Source: Candidatus Bathyarchaeota archaeon | GTDB lineage: Archaea > Thermoproteota > Bathyarchaeia > 40CM-2-53-6 > DTDX01 | Length of the DNA: 64,000 nt | Assembly: GCA_018396775.1 (NCBI GenBank) | Contig: JAGTRF010000002.1 | Coordinates: 14,069-78,068, forward strand | Direction of reading: 5' to 3' | Shown here: one piece after another, positions 9,846 through 20,123 of the stretch | Layout: the number at the start of each line of letters is the position of its first letter | How positions within the stretch are numbered: the first letter of the stretch is position 1 | Made by a program: the position numbers and the translations under genes | The notes under the pieces: model-generated | What the model saw: only the letters and a program-made list of their open reading frames with translations | The model's database searches: none | What the model was told of the DNA's origin: nothing

Positions 9846-10250
9846 TTGAGCAGGGAAAAAATATTTTTAAAGGAAATTATGGGCAACTTTTCTTTAATAA
9901 TAATTATTTCATACGCGGTTATATTAACTTTATTTATCCTTGTAGGAATATTAAATATTAAAGATATGAAAGTTAAAAAAAGAGATAGATGGGTTAAAAA
10001 AGATTCTATAGCGATGATTATAAGAGTATTGTTTTATGGTTTTTTAATAAGCTTTGCAATCATCGAGCTTGAAGCTTTAATTTTAATGTTTGGACGTTTT
10101 TCGCTTCAGTTTTTTGCTGGAAAAAGCTTACCTATTTATGTTTCTCGTTCTCTTTTAATTCTACCTATTCTCCCAGTTATTTTAATTGGGGTAGTTTATG
10201 CTATAGCTAAAAAGAGGGAATGGTATGAGCTTATTGATGAAGAAGAATAA
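9846..10250 (+). CDS. Small integral membrane protein (3 predicted TM helices). Translationally coupled to the AAA-Lon gene.
   Basis: Hydrophobic segments. The stop overlaps the start of 10225..12978 by 26 nt. Confidence 0.5.
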   Translation: MSREKIFLKEIMGNFSLIIIISYAVILTLFILVGILNIKDMKVKKRDRWVKKDSIAMIIRVLFYGFLISFAIIELEALILMFGRFSLQFFAGKSLPIYVSRSLLILPILPVILIGVVYAIAKKREWYELIDEEE

Positions 10251-12978
10251 TAGCGAGTATGAGTTTAAACCTTGGTGGATTCAACATCCTAAGCTTAGCA
10301 CCTTACTAAGTTTTCCATTATACGTTACAACTAGAGAGTATCGAAGATGGAGAAATGCTAAGTTAACCCCTAGAAAGCTTCAAAAATTAATTAAAGAGCT
10401 TGATAAAAACTATCCATCTAAAAGAGAAAAGCTTGTTGGAAGAGATAAAGAATATGAGCTTATAATGTCTAGCATAACATTTCATGTAGTTCAAGAGAAA
10501 TGCATAAAAGAACTGCTTAAAGATGCTTCGCCACCAAAATTTTTTATTCTTAAAGGCGCAAGTGGAACTGGAAAATCTTTGCTGGCTGAAGTATGCATTA
10601 GAGAGGGCGTTTTACATGGTATAAGAAATGGTGTAAACGTTCAACCAATTTTTGTTAAGGGACCTGAAGTTTTTGATCCTCTTTATGGGCAATCAGCTAG
10701 GAATTTAATGGCTATTTTTGATAAAGCTTTTAATACACCAAGCATAATTTTCATAGATGAGTTTGAAAGCTTCGCTAAAAAAGTGGATACAGCTAAAGCT
10801 GCAAGAGTAGCTGAAATGGAAGATTTAAGAGTTCAAAGTCTTTTTATAAACAATTTAAGAAGGCTTTTAGATACACAAACAAGAACAATTTTAATAGCTG
10901 CTACAAACATGTATGAAGCTATTAGAGAAGATATAAGAAGAAGAGCTTTTACAATAGATTTAGATCAAAACATAACTAGAGAAATGCTTTTAGCTATTTT
11001 AGCTTCAGAGCTTAAAAGCCATGATTGGACATATTTAAATCCTGAAGAAGTTATGGTAACTTTAGAGAAGGGTGTAAGTATTTATAGGCAAACGCAACTA
11101 TCCCCCTTTGATATAATTGATGCTTGCAATAAAGTTAGAGAAAAGAAAATAGCGCCTATTAGAAAAAGCCTTTTTGAAAGGTTGGAGAGAAAATTAACTC
11201 AGAAAAATGAGGTTAAATATAAAGTTTCAATAGAAGATTTTGAAGCTGTAGCGAGAGAGCTTAGAGGGTATATTGAACAAGAGAAAAGCACTGAGGTTAT
11301 GAGCGCGGTTTTAAAAATAAAACCTTCAATAACCTACGATGATGTTGGAGGATTATTTAATATAAAAGAGAAAATCTTTAAAACTATTTCTTTAAGTTTA
11401 AAGCCTGAGCTTGTAAATAAGCTTGGTTGGATACCGCCTAAAGGCTTCATTCTTTGGGGGGAACCTGGATGCGGTAAAACTCATATTTCTAAAGCTATAG
11501 CTAGAGAGAATGGCGCTGAATTCTTTTATGCTCCAGCAGCTCAACTTCTTATTAACGCTAAATGGGTTGGTGAACCAGAGAAAAATGTTAGAGATTTATT
11601 TGCGATAGCTAGAAAAACCGCTCCAAGCATAATTTTCTTTGATGAATTTGATATAATAGCTGGAAAACGTAAAGGCGACCCTGTAGGCGATAGAATAACT
11701 GCTCAAATATTAACTGAGCTTGATGGGTTGCAACCTCTTGAAAACGTTATTGTTATAGCTGCTACAAATAGGCTTGAAGCTGTTGATGAAGCTGTTTTAA
11801 ATAGATTTGAACCAAACATTATAGAGGTTCCATTACCAAGGAACGATGCTGAAAGAAAAGATATAATTAAAATTCATTTAAGACATTATGTAGAGCATTT
11901 AGATCAGGAAGTTACTATTGATAACGTGCTTAAAATAATAAAAAAACATAGAATTGTTTCCCCAAGAGTTGTCGCAGAAATAATAAGGTCAGCTAACCGT
12001 TTAAGAACTCAAGAAATTATAGCTTCTTGGGAGCTTAAAAAAGGAGATGAAGCTTATAAAAGTAAAGTTTTAAAAATGTTTCATGAGGATATAAAAAGGC
12101 TTTGTGAAGTATTAAATTTAAATGAGGAAGAGTTGATTAAAAATCATGCTGAGTTAACTGGAGAAAACTATAAGGTTAAGCTTTACCATTTTGAGAAAGC
12201 TGCTCAACAACTTGAGCAGGATATTGATAAAGAATTAATGGATGTTCAAGAAAGCGCTGTTTTTGAAGAACCTGAAACTGGCGTGGCTTATGGGCTTGGA
12301 ACAGATCCCACAGGTAGAAGAGGAGTAATACTCATAGTTGAATGTGTAATAAACCCAAATGGAAATGGAAAAACTGTTGTAACTGGCGCGTCTAAATCTA
12401 CAATTATTGGTCCAACAGCTATTGAAGATACAAGCGTGATTGAAAGCGCTGTGAATGTAATTGAATATATTAAGAAATATGTTAGAGAAAAGATTGGTGA
12501 AGAAATTTCAAAATTTGATTTTATATTTGAAGTTGTTAGCCCATTAGAGGGGGCTTCTGGATTAGGAGTAAGCGGTCCAAGCTTAGGAGTAGCCTTCAGC
12601 GTAGCAGCTGTTTCAGAGCTTGCTCAAATAGAAGTTGAATCAACGGTAGTTATGACTGGAAAAGGAGATATTAAAGGAAATATTGGTCCTGTTGGGGGAG
12701 TTGGCTGGAGAGGAGCAGGAAAATTTCTTGCAGCTATAAAAACTAAAAAAATGAAAATCAACAAGTTTTTGCTTCCAAAATGGAATTATGAAAACTCTAA
12801 AGACGAATGGGAAATTTTAATAGAAAAAAACATTAACGTCATCCCCATTCAAAAACAATTAGAAGCTTGGCTTCACTCATTTAATGTTACTGAAGAAGAA
12901 TTATTAAGAAAACTTTCTATACAGCTTAAATCTTTAAAGTTTAAATCTGTAAGCTATCCTGAAGTTAAAGAAGTTTAA
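10225..12978 (+). CDS. Tandem AAA+ ATPase fused to a Lon-type (S16) protease domain.
   Basis: AAA-1: Walker A GASGTGKS, Walker B IIFIDEFE. AAA-2: GEPGCGKT, IIFFDEFD, and SRH TNRLEAVDEAVLNRF. C-terminal SGPSLG (Lon catalytic Ser motif) and GAGKFLAA (candidate catalytic Lys). Confidence 0.75.
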   Translation: MSLLMKKNNSEYEFKPWWIQHPKLSTLLSFPLYVTTREYRRWRNAKLTPRKLQKLIKELDKNYPSKREKLVGRDKEYELIMSSITFHVVQEKCIKELLKDASPPKFFILKGASGTGKSLLAEVCIREGVLHGIRNGVNVQPIFVKGPEVFDPLYGQSARNLMAIFDKAFNTPSIIFIDEFESFAKKVDTAKAARVAEMEDLRVQSLFINNLRRLLDTQTRTILIAATNMYEAIREDIRRRAFTIDLDQNITREMLLAILASELKSHDWTYLNPEEVMVTLEKGVSIYRQTQLSPFDIIDACNKVREKKIAPIRKSLFERLERKLTQKNEVKYKVSIEDFEAVARELRGYIEQEKSTEVMSAVLKIKPSITYDDVGGLFNIKEKIFKTISLSLKPELVNKLGWIPPKGFILWGEPGCGKTHISKAIARENGAEFFYAPAAQLLINAKWVGEPEKNVRDLFAIARKTAPSIIFFDEFDIIAGKRKGDPVGDRITAQILTELDGLQPLENVIVIAATNRLEAVDEAVLNRFEPNIIEVPLPRNDAERKDIIKIHLRHYVEHLDQEVTIDNVLKIIKKHRIVSPRVVAEIIRSANRLRTQEIIASWELKKGDEAYKSKVLKMFHEDIKRLCEVLNLNEEELIKNHAELTGENYKVKLYHFEKAAQQLEQDIDKELMDVQESAVFEEPETGVAYGLGTDPTGRRGVILIVECVINPNGNGKTVVTGASKSTIIGPTAIEDTSVIESAVNVIEYIKKYVREKIGEEISKFDFIFEVVSPLEGASGLGVSGPSLGVAFSVAAVSELAQIEVESTVVMTGKGDIKGNIGPVGGVGWRGAGKFLAAIKTKKMKINKFLLPKWNYENSKDEWEILIEKNINVIPIQKQLEAWLHSFNVTEEELLRKLSIQLKSLKFKSVSYPEVKEV

Positions 12979-13481
12979 AGCTTCCTAGACATTACGTAAG
13001 CATCTTCTCCATCATGATAATAGTAAACGATTCTTTGAGCAACTTCAAAACCTAGTTTTCTATAAAGATTTATTCCTGCTTCATTAGAAACTCTAACCTC
13101 TAAATAACATTCTTTAGCTTGAGCATTAACAAGCTCTTTTAATGCTTGAGTAATTAAAGAAGTTCCTATTCCTTTCCCTCTATACTCGTTAAGAACCGCT
13201 ATTGAAACAATATGACCCTTTTTAACAAGCTTAAACCTGTTAAAATCTGAGAAACCATACTCTATTCTACACATAATATATCCAACAATTTTATCTTCTG
13301 CTTCAGCCACCAAAAAAGCTTCAGGACAATTTCTATAAATATCCATAAAAAAATTAAATGTATAATTTTCAGGGAGGCATCTTCTATTTATTTCAATTAC
13401 AGCATTTAAATCACTTGGGTTGAATCTTCTAATAATAAACTTCTGCATTGTAACCATTTTTACCAAATCCCAACTCTGCAA
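12975..13481 (-). CDS. GNAT family N-acetyltransferase (RimI/Ard1-like N-alpha-acetyltransferase).
   Basis: VLNEYRGKGIGTSL acetyl-CoA binding motif. About 165 aa. Confidence 0.75.
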   Translation of the reverse strand: MQSWDLVKMVTMQKFIIRRFNPSDLNAVIEINRRCLPENYTFNFFMDIYRNCPEAFLVAEAEDKIVGYIMCRIEYGFSDFNRFKLVKKGHIVSIAVLNEYRGKGIGTSLITQALKELVNAQAKECYLEVRVSNEAGINLYRKLGFEVAQRIVYYYHDGEDAYVMSRKL

Positions 13482-13612
13482 GCTATAACTTACATTTAAT
13501 TAAATCTTCGTTTTATAAGCTTTTAAACTAATCTTTATGTCTTTAATAATAATGTTTAAATTTTAATAAAAAATAAGTTAATATAAGATTAATTTTGTAA
13601 GGATGAATTAAA

Positions 13613-14740
13613 ATGGGTTTAAATTATTCAGAAATCGTTTACCCTTATTCATTTTCTGAATTAAAAGCTTTAGTTTCTTCTAGATTTACTGTTTTAGACT
13701 CATATATAGATGAAAGAGGTACTCCAAACTTTGTTATTTCACCTAAAGTAAACAAAGAGAATTTTAAACAAATGTCTAAAGAGTTGATGAAGCTTAACTT
13801 GATCCCATTTTTAAGGAAGAATGGTGATCGCTATGTTATAAAAGTTTTTTTGAAATTTTTAGAGAAAAGAAGGAAAAATAACATTTTAAATGTTATTCTT
13901 TTAATCGCAACTTTAGGAACAATATTTTTAGCTGGTTATTATAGTTTCATCAATACTCCTGTATTAAAAGATATTTTAATGAAGGGTGAAAATGCTTTTC
14001 TTCAAGCAGGTTTATTTACTCTCTCGCTCTTCGCTATAATTGGATTGCATGAATCAGGTCATATGATTGCTTGTAAAATTCATGGATTAGAGTTCTCTTT
14101 ACCATATTTTATTCCCGGGCCTCCCCCATTCGGGACTTTTGGAGCAATAGTCTCATTAAAATCTCCTCCAACAAATCGAGATGAGCTTTTCGATATAGGG
14201 TTTGCCGGTCCTATAGCAGGTTTTATAGCTACAACAATTGTGGCAATATTAAGTTTTAAGTTGGGTTTTCTCGTTCCTGAAACTGATGTGTCTGTTTGGG
14301 AAAAGCAAAAATTAGTTCAAAGCATAAGTTGGCCAAGATCGCCTTTACTATTTGAAGTTCTTTTACCTTTTATACGTCAAATTCCTCAAGGTTTTAGGCT
14401 TGTTTTAACTCAAATAGAATTCGCTGCTTGGGTTGGTGCTTTATTAACATTCCTAAACATTCTTCCAATATGGCAGCTTGATGGTGGACATGTTTCTAGA
14501 GCTATTTTTGGCGCTTCAAAACATAAAATCGCTTCTATAATTGGGTTAATTATATTGATTTTCTCAGGATACTGGTTTTTTGCTTTATTTCTTTTGTTAT
14601 GGATGTTTGGAGGTGGACGTGGAACAGCAGGAGCTGAACCATTAGATGATATTTCTCCATTAAGCAGCTCTAGAAAAATTCTTTATTTCCTTTCTTTAGT
14701 TATGCTTATGCTCTGTTTTATAGCTTTTCCTTCATTATAA
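13613..14740 (+). CDS. Site-2 protease (M50 family intramembrane metalloprotease).
   Basis: HESGH (HExxH) inside a TM segment. Multiple TM helices. LDGGHV motif. Confidence 0.75.
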   Translation: MGLNYSEIVYPYSFSELKALVSSRFTVLDSYIDERGTPNFVISPKVNKENFKQMSKELMKLNLIPFLRKNGDRYVIKVFLKFLEKRRKNNILNVILLIATLGTIFLAGYYSFINTPVLKDILMKGENAFLQAGLFTLSLFAIIGLHESGHMIACKIHGLEFSLPYFIPGPPPFGTFGAIVSLKSPPTNRDELFDIGFAGPIAGFIATTIVAILSFKLGFLVPETDVSVWEKQKLVQSISWPRSPLLFEVLLPFIRQIPQGFRLVLTQIEFAAWVGALLTFLNILPIWQLDGGHVSRAIFGASKHKIASIIGLIILIFSGYWFFALFLLLWMFGGGRGTAGAEPLDDISPLSSSRKILYFLSLVMLMLCFIAFPSL

Positions 14741-14790
14741 AAAATGATTTTTTTAACATAAAACAAGAAATAAAATAGATTAAATTTGGA

Positions 14791-15036
14791 GTGAGTGTAT
14801 TGAAAGAAAAATCAGCAGTTGTTTATATGCTTATAGGAACTCAAGCCGGAAAAGAACGTGAAGTTGCTAAAGAAGTGAAAAAATTTCCAGGAGTAACTGA
14901 AGCAAAAATTGTTTATGGAGAATACGATGTAATAGTTAGAATTGAGCTTAATGATTTTTCAATCTTAAGCGAAACCGTAACATTGATTAGAAGAATTTCT
15001 GGAATAGTTAAAACTGCAACTTTAATTTCAGCTTAA
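14791..15036 (+). CDS. Stand-alone Lrp/AsnC C-terminal (RAM) domain protein.
   Basis: 81 aa. VYMLIGTQAGKEREVAKEVKKFPGVTEAKIVYGEYDVIVRIEL matches the RAM-domain beta-alpha-beta-beta-alpha-beta pattern. GTG start with a GGAG RBS. Confidence 0.6.
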   Translation: MSVLKEKSAVVYMLIGTQAGKEREVAKEVKKFPGVTEAKIVYGEYDVIVRIELNDFSILSETVTLIRRISGIVKTATLISA

Positions 15037-15125
15037 ACTTTCACTTAGTTTGCTTATAACATTTTATTGAAAGGAAAGATTTAAGTAAAAGCATCTTAAC
15101 TTTAATTAATAGGGGGTTAAAAGTT

Positions 15126-15404
15126 TTGGCTTTTATTGGACCTTGGGAAATAGCTTTAATTTTAGCCATAGTTTTAATCTTATTTGGGGGGAAAAAGCTT
15201 CCTGAGCTTGCAAGATCGATTGGCGACTCAATAAGACAGTATAAAAAGGCTGTTGAAGGAGTTGAACCTAAAAAAAACGAGAGGGAAAGCATTTTAGAAG
15301 CTGCTGAAAAACTTGGTATAGATACTAGAGGTAAAAGCGTAGAAGAAATCGCTACGGAAATAACCCAGAAAATTAAGGAAGAAGATAAACAAGCAAAAAA
15401 TTAA
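15126..15404 (+). CDS. tatA: Twin-arginine translocase subunit TatA/E.
   Basis: N-terminal TM plus the FGGKKLPELARSIG amphipathic-helix motif. TTG start after AGGGGGT. Confidence 0.8.
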   Translation: MAFIGPWEIALILAIVLILFGGKKLPELARSIGDSIRQYKKAVEGVEPKKNERESILEAAEKLGIDTRGKSVEEIATEITQKIKEEDKQAKN

Positions 15405-15604
15405 AGCTGCTTATTTAAATCGCTTATAATCTGCTTAATTTTTCTTGAAGCTTGAATTTCAACCTCTTCAGGTTCCATGCTAAGTTTTCTTCCGCAATTA
15501 GGGCAAACTCCATTATATCTTTTAACTGTTTCAATTGGAGGTTCAGGTTCAAAACCTCTATATAATATAGTGCCGCAACGCGAGCAAACTGTTTCTTGAG
15601 GCAA
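15401..15604 (-). CDS. Small zinc-ribbon protein.
   Basis: CSRCG...CPNCG Cys pairs. 67 aa. Confidence 0.5.
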   Translation of the reverse strand: MPQETVCSRCGTILYRGFEPEPPIETVKRYNGVCPNCGRKLSMEPEEVEIQASRKIKQIISDLNKQL

Positions 15605-15789
15605 GCTTATCCACCAGAATTCTTCTAAGTTTACTTCTAAAAAGCTATGTAAATTTAACCTTTTTTAACCTTCTTTAATTATTTTTGTAAAAATTGATTT
15701 ATGTAAAAAAACCTTTATTATAAGCCGGCTCTGTATTTTTAAGAAAAATTTATTTCTTATTCTTCTTAAAATTTATTGGAGGTGAAATT

Positions 15790-16110
15790 TTGCTTCAAGA
15801 ATTATATCTAGCGCCTGTAACTTTCAATTTTAAGGTCAGAAGAGGAGCTAAGCAAATTTGCATTGAATGCTTTTGGTTAGGGGCAGGTTCAATTGAAATA
15901 AAAATTCAAGCCTTAAATAAAGTTTATACAGAAAAAGATATGAAAGTTATTGAAAAAACAACAATACATGCATCAGGTTTAACTGTAGAATATCAATGCT
16001 ATAAAAAATGCTTGCTTTCAATACCTTCTATAGCTGAAGATGAATTTTGGAGATTAGAGTTAACATTATTAGGTGTTTCTGAATATCAGCTAGCTATTGA
16101 AATCTCATAA
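15790..16110 (+). CDS. Hypothetical protein.
   Basis: 106-aa ORF with no recognised motif. First of three consecutive same-strand ORFs. Confidence 0.35.
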   Translation: MLQELYLAPVTFNFKVRRGAKQICIECFWLGAGSIEIKIQALNKVYTEKDMKVIEKTTIHASGLTVEYQCYKKCLLSIPSIAEDEFWRLELTLLGVSEYQLAIEIS

Positions 16111-16130
16111 AAGCTTCTGCGGTAAAAGCG

Positions 16131-16490
16131 ATGAAAATAAATGTTTCATGCAATCTTAAAGCTTTTAGAAAATTTTTAATACTAAATGTTTGTCAAAGCT
16201 TTATTCCAAATGAATGGAAAGTTAATGATGAAATTTTCCCTGAAAAAATTGGGAAAGAAGGAAGCATAATTATTGAAGCAAAATATAAAGAAACTGTTGG
16301 AGTTATTAAAGGAATGAAATTTAGTAAAGTGAAGGAAATTTTAAAAATAGTTTATAACTCTAAAAGTGGTAGAACCAAGTTAACTTGGGTTAAAGTAAAA
16401 GGGAATGAAGGTAAATTAATTGGAGACGCAAGCGTTAACAGCGTTGTTAACCTAGCTTTAGCAGGAATTATTAAATCAGTTGAAGCTTAA
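16131..16490 (+). CDS. Hypothetical protein.
   Basis: 119-aa ORF. 3-nt gap to the next ORF. Confidence 0.35.
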   Translation: MKINVSCNLKAFRKFLILNVCQSFIPNEWKVNDEIFPEKIGKEGSIIIEAKYKETVGVIKGMKFSKVKEILKIVYNSKSGRTKLTWVKVKGNEGKLIGDASVNSVVNLALAGIIKSVEA

Positions 16491-16492
16491 AA

Positions 16493-17161
16493 TTGTTTAG
16501 AAAAAACTTTTTGCTATCTCTTTTAAAGCAAACTAAAGAAGATAAAGCTGTAAAACCACTTGATGGTTTTAGCAAGGCTGAAATTAATGAAGCTTGCAAA
16601 AAAGGTTTAATAGAATTTAGCGATGGAAAAATATTTGTTAACTCTTTAAACCGTTTAAAGATCGCCGTTGAAGCTATAAACCTTGGCGTTGATTTTGAAA
16701 AAGTTTGTCGATTGCTAGATTGGAAGGAATTTGAAGAATTCAGCTCTATAATTCTCGAGCATAATGGTTATTTAACGTTTAAAAAGTTTATTTTTAAAGA
16801 AGGAAAAGGTAAAAGATGGGAAATTGATGTTTTAGGCGTTAAAAACTCAGTAATTTTATGTTTAGATTGTAAAGGATGGCGTTATGGTTGGTATAAAAGC
16901 AAGCTTTCTTCAGCTGCTGAAAAACATTTTGAAAGAGTTAAAGCTTTAAGTAAAGAATTGCCTAATTTAGCTTTAAAATTAAGGATTAAAAGAAATGAAA
17001 GCTTTATAATTTTGCCCTTATTAATCACTTTAGCTGATGTTTCATATAAAAATATTAATGGCTCGCTTATAGTTTCAATTTTAAGGTTTAAAAGCTTTCT
17101 TTATGAGTTGCCTGAAATAATTTATAGCGAATCTAACTTATTAATTAAAGCTTTAAGCTAA
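16493..17161 (+). CDS. Hypothetical protein with a possible PD-(D/E)xK nuclease-like core.
   Basis: EIDVLGVK...ILCLDCKGW fits a D...(D/E)xK signature. Weak. Confidence 0.35.
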   Translation: MFRKNFLLSLLKQTKEDKAVKPLDGFSKAEINEACKKGLIEFSDGKIFVNSLNRLKIAVEAINLGVDFEKVCRLLDWKEFEEFSSIILEHNGYLTFKKFIFKEGKGKRWEIDVLGVKNSVILCLDCKGWRYGWYKSKLSSAAEKHFERVKALSKELPNLALKLRIKRNESFIILPLLITLADVSYKNINGSLIVSILRFKSFLYELPEIIYSESNLLIKALS

Positions 17162-17162
17162 T

Positions 17163-17756
17163 TTAAACTTGAAATCTATATTCAAAATTATAATAGTTTC
17201 TTGTTTTTTTAGCTAAACTATAGCCAATTATTAATCCAGCTGCTAAACCTCCAAAATGAGCAAACAAATTTACACCTGCTCCAGCATTTATTAAAAACAA
17301 GTAAAATGAATAAATTAAAGCGCTTAAAATAGGTTGATTCATAGTTTTTCTCATATACATTATTGAGGCGCCGAAAAGACCGAAAATAGCTCCTGAAGCT
17401 CCAACTGATACAACATTAGAGCCCATTAATAAAGTTAACAAGTTGCCTATAAAACCTGAGCTAAAATATATAAATAAGTAAATTTTCTTCGAAAATAATT
17501 CTTCAGCTTTAAAACCGAAAAAAGCTAAAAATAATGAGTTTCCTAAAACATGAAGAAGATTAGCGTGAACAAATATTGAAGTGAAAAGCTGCCAGAGCCA
17601 ACCTTCATAAACAAATAGATTGTATTGGCCATAAATTGCAAGCAACTCATAATTTATAATTAAAATGTTTCTGCTTGAGAAAGCTAGAAAAGCGTAAATT
17701 ATTAAATTAATTGTAATTAACAGTGAAGTTAGCTTTCCTAATATTTCAAGAGACAA
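17163..17756 (-). CDS. Rhomboid family intramembrane serine protease.
   Basis: GASGAIFG (GxSG) and a downstream His in AHFGGLAAG. 6 TM profile. Confidence 0.75.
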   Translation of the reverse strand: MSLEILGKLTSLLITINLIIYAFLAFSSRNILIINYELLAIYGQYNLFVYEGWLWQLFTSIFVHANLLHVLGNSLFLAFFGFKAEELFSKKIYLFIYFSSGFIGNLLTLLMGSNVVSVGASGAIFGLFGASIMYMRKTMNQPILSALIYSFYLFLINAGAGVNLFAHFGGLAAGLIIGYSLAKKTRNYYNFEYRFQV

Positions 17757-17835
17757 TTTTTTATTTAACCTCTAAAGGAAGCTAATATTTATTTGCAGCT
17801 TAATAATTTTTCTAAGCTTTAAAGAGGGATGAAAA

Positions 17836-19080
17836 ATGAGTGCAAAAGCTATTTTTGTGATTTGCGATGGAATGGGAGATAGGCCTGTTAAAGAGCATGG
17901 TTATAAAACTCCCCTGGAAGCTGCGAATACACCGCATTTAGATAAGCTGGCTGAAGAAGGGTTAATTGGGTTAATGGATCCTGTAAGCCCAGGAGTTAGA
18001 CCTGGAAGCGATGTAGCTCACCTAGCTATTTTAGGTTATAATCCTTATGAATGTTATGCTGGTAGAGGAAGCTTAGAAGCTGCTGGAGCTGGAATAACGC
18101 TTAAACCTGGCGATATAGCTTTTAGAGCAAACTTCGCTACTGCAACTGAAGATTTAACAATTGTGGATAGAAGAGCTGGAAGAATAAAAACTGGAACTAA
18201 AGAGTTAACTGAAGCATTAAATCAAATAAAAATTGAAAGCGTTAACGATGTTTCAATAGAGTTTTATCCAACTATTGAGCATAGAGGTGTTTTAATTCTT
18301 CGCGGAGAAAAGCTTTCTAGAAATGTATCAGATACAGATCCTCATGCAACTGGTGTTAAACCATTAAAATCTAAACCTTTAGATAATAGTGTTGAAGCTG
18401 AAAGAACAGCTAAAGCTTTAAACGAGTTTACTGAAAAATCCTTTCATATGCTTAAAAATCATCAAGTAAACTTGAATAGAGTTAAGGCAGGAGAAAAACC
18501 TGCAAACATAATTTTATCTAGAGGCGCCGGCTCATATTTTAAGCTTGAAACTTTGCAAGATAAATATGGAATTAAAACTGCTGCAATAGCTGGTGTAGCT
18601 TTAGTTAAAGGAGTTTGCCGAATAGTTGGAATGGATATATTAAATGTTGAAGGTGCTACTGGGGGATTAAACACTAATTTTAATGGTAAAGCTGATGAGG
18701 CAGCTAAAGCTATTAAACAATATGACTTTGTTTTACTTCATGTTAAAGCTACAGATGTGGCTGGACATGATGGAAACTTTGAAGCTAAAATTGAAGCTAT
18801 AGAAAATATAGATAAAATGATTGATAGATTAATAAAGCAATTAGATTTAAATGAAACATACATAACTGTTACTGCAGATCATTGCACTCCAGTAAATTTT
18901 AAAGACCATTCAGGCGACCCTGTTCCAATCTTAATTCATGGACCTGAAGTTTTCCATAGTGGAATTAAAAAATTCTGCGAAAAAACAGCTTCTCAAGGAA
19001 ACTTATGTAGAATAAAAGGAGCAGATATAATGGCTATCCTAACAAATTATATGGGTGTATCAAAGAAATTTGGTTATTGA
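17836..19080 (+). CDS. apgM: 2,3-bisphosphoglycerate-independent phosphoglycerate mutase, archaeal type.
   Basis: VICDGMGDRP N-terminus and overall ApgM-like sequence. 414 aa. Confidence 0.85.
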   Translation: MSAKAIFVICDGMGDRPVKEHGYKTPLEAANTPHLDKLAEEGLIGLMDPVSPGVRPGSDVAHLAILGYNPYECYAGRGSLEAAGAGITLKPGDIAFRANFATATEDLTIVDRRAGRIKTGTKELTEALNQIKIESVNDVSIEFYPTIEHRGVLILRGEKLSRNVSDTDPHATGVKPLKSKPLDNSVEAERTAKALNEFTEKSFHMLKNHQVNLNRVKAGEKPANIILSRGAGSYFKLETLQDKYGIKTAAIAGVALVKGVCRIVGMDILNVEGATGGLNTNFNGKADEAAKAIKQYDFVLLHVKATDVAGHDGNFEAKIEAIENIDKMIDRLIKQLDLNETYITVTADHCTPVNFKDHSGDPVPILIHGPEVFHSGIKKFCEKTASQGNLCRIKGADIMAILTNYMGVSKKFGY

Positions 19081-19089
19081 TGAAAAACA

Positions 19090-20109
19090 ATGGAAAATTT
19101 AATTGAAACTAAAAACAATTTAATTTTACCAAGTAAAATCAGAGTTTCCATCGGTTCAGCGATATTAATTGGATTAAAAAAAGGTTTTATAAATGCCCTT
19201 CCAGAAACAATTTATTTAATGACTTTTCATGAAGGGAAATGCCTTGCTAACTGCGGTTTTTGCGCTCAAGCAAGAGAAAGTAAAACTGATTTAAACCATT
19301 TATCTAGAGTAGCTTGGCCTATTTTTGAAACAGAAAAAGTTTTAAATAAAATAGAGGAATCCCTGAAAAAAGCGAAACGAATTTGCATTCAAGCATTAAA
19401 TTACCCTAATTCTTTTAATGATGTTGCAAGCTTAGCAAAAGCATTAAGAAAATTTAATATTCCTATATCTATTTCATGTCAACCTTTTAATGAAACGCAA
19501 TTCCATATGTTAAAAGTTATTGGCGTAGATAAAATCTCTATACCATTAGATGCATCTACAAAAGAAATTTTTGAAGAAGTTAAAGGTTTAAAAAGAAAAA
19601 GCCCATACATTTGGGAAGCCCATTTTGAAGCTTTAAAAAAAGCTGTTAAAATATTTGGTGAAGGAAACGTTACAACGCATTTAATTTTAGGTTTAGGAGA
19701 AACTGAACGTGACGTTTGTTTTTTAACCCAAAAATTAACTGATATAGGTGTTAACATAGCTTTATTCGCTTTAACACCTATAAAAGGCACGTTTCTAGAA
19801 AACTTTAAATCCCCTTCAATAAACTATTATCGAAAAGCTCAATTAGCTAGACATCTAATTGTTAACCGTTATATTAAATTTAGTAAAATTAAATTTAATG
19901 AAAAAGGAGAAATAATTGATTTAGGTTTACCTAAAAAAGAATTGCTAAAGATAACTCTATCTGGGAAACCGTTTTTAACTTCAGGATGCCCAAATTGCAA
20001 TCGACCATATTATAATGAAAAAGTTTCAGGCCCAATATATAATTTCCCTAAAGCTTTAACAGAAAAAGAAATAAATGAGGTTTTATACTCATTAACATCT
20101 ATTCTTTAA
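19090..20109 (+). CDS. Radical SAM protein, candidate archaeal lipoyl synthase component (LipS1/LipS2 family).
   Basis: CLANCGFC motif. Positioned directly upstream of a split lplA and a second rSAM, the reported lipS-lplA arrangement. Confidence 0.55.
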   Translation: MENLIETKNNLILPSKIRVSIGSAILIGLKKGFINALPETIYLMTFHEGKCLANCGFCAQARESKTDLNHLSRVAWPIFETEKVLNKIEESLKKAKRICIQALNYPNSFNDVASLAKALRKFNIPISISCQPFNETQFHMLKVIGVDKISIPLDASTKEIFEEVKGLKRKSPYIWEAHFEALKKAVKIFGEGNVTTHLILGLGETERDVCFLTQKLTDIGVNIALFALTPIKGTFLENFKSPSINYYRKAQLARHLIVNRYIKFSKIKFNEKGEIIDLGLPKKELLKITLSGKPFLTSGCPNCNRPYYNEKVSGPIYNFPKALTEKEINEVLYSLTSIL

Positions 20110-20123
20110 AGGGAGGTCGGTTT

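Noticed and set aside
9746-9961. 71-aa plus-strand ORF overlapping the rSAM start and the membrane-protein start.
   Set aside because: It overlaps two better-supported genes and has a low-complexity translation.
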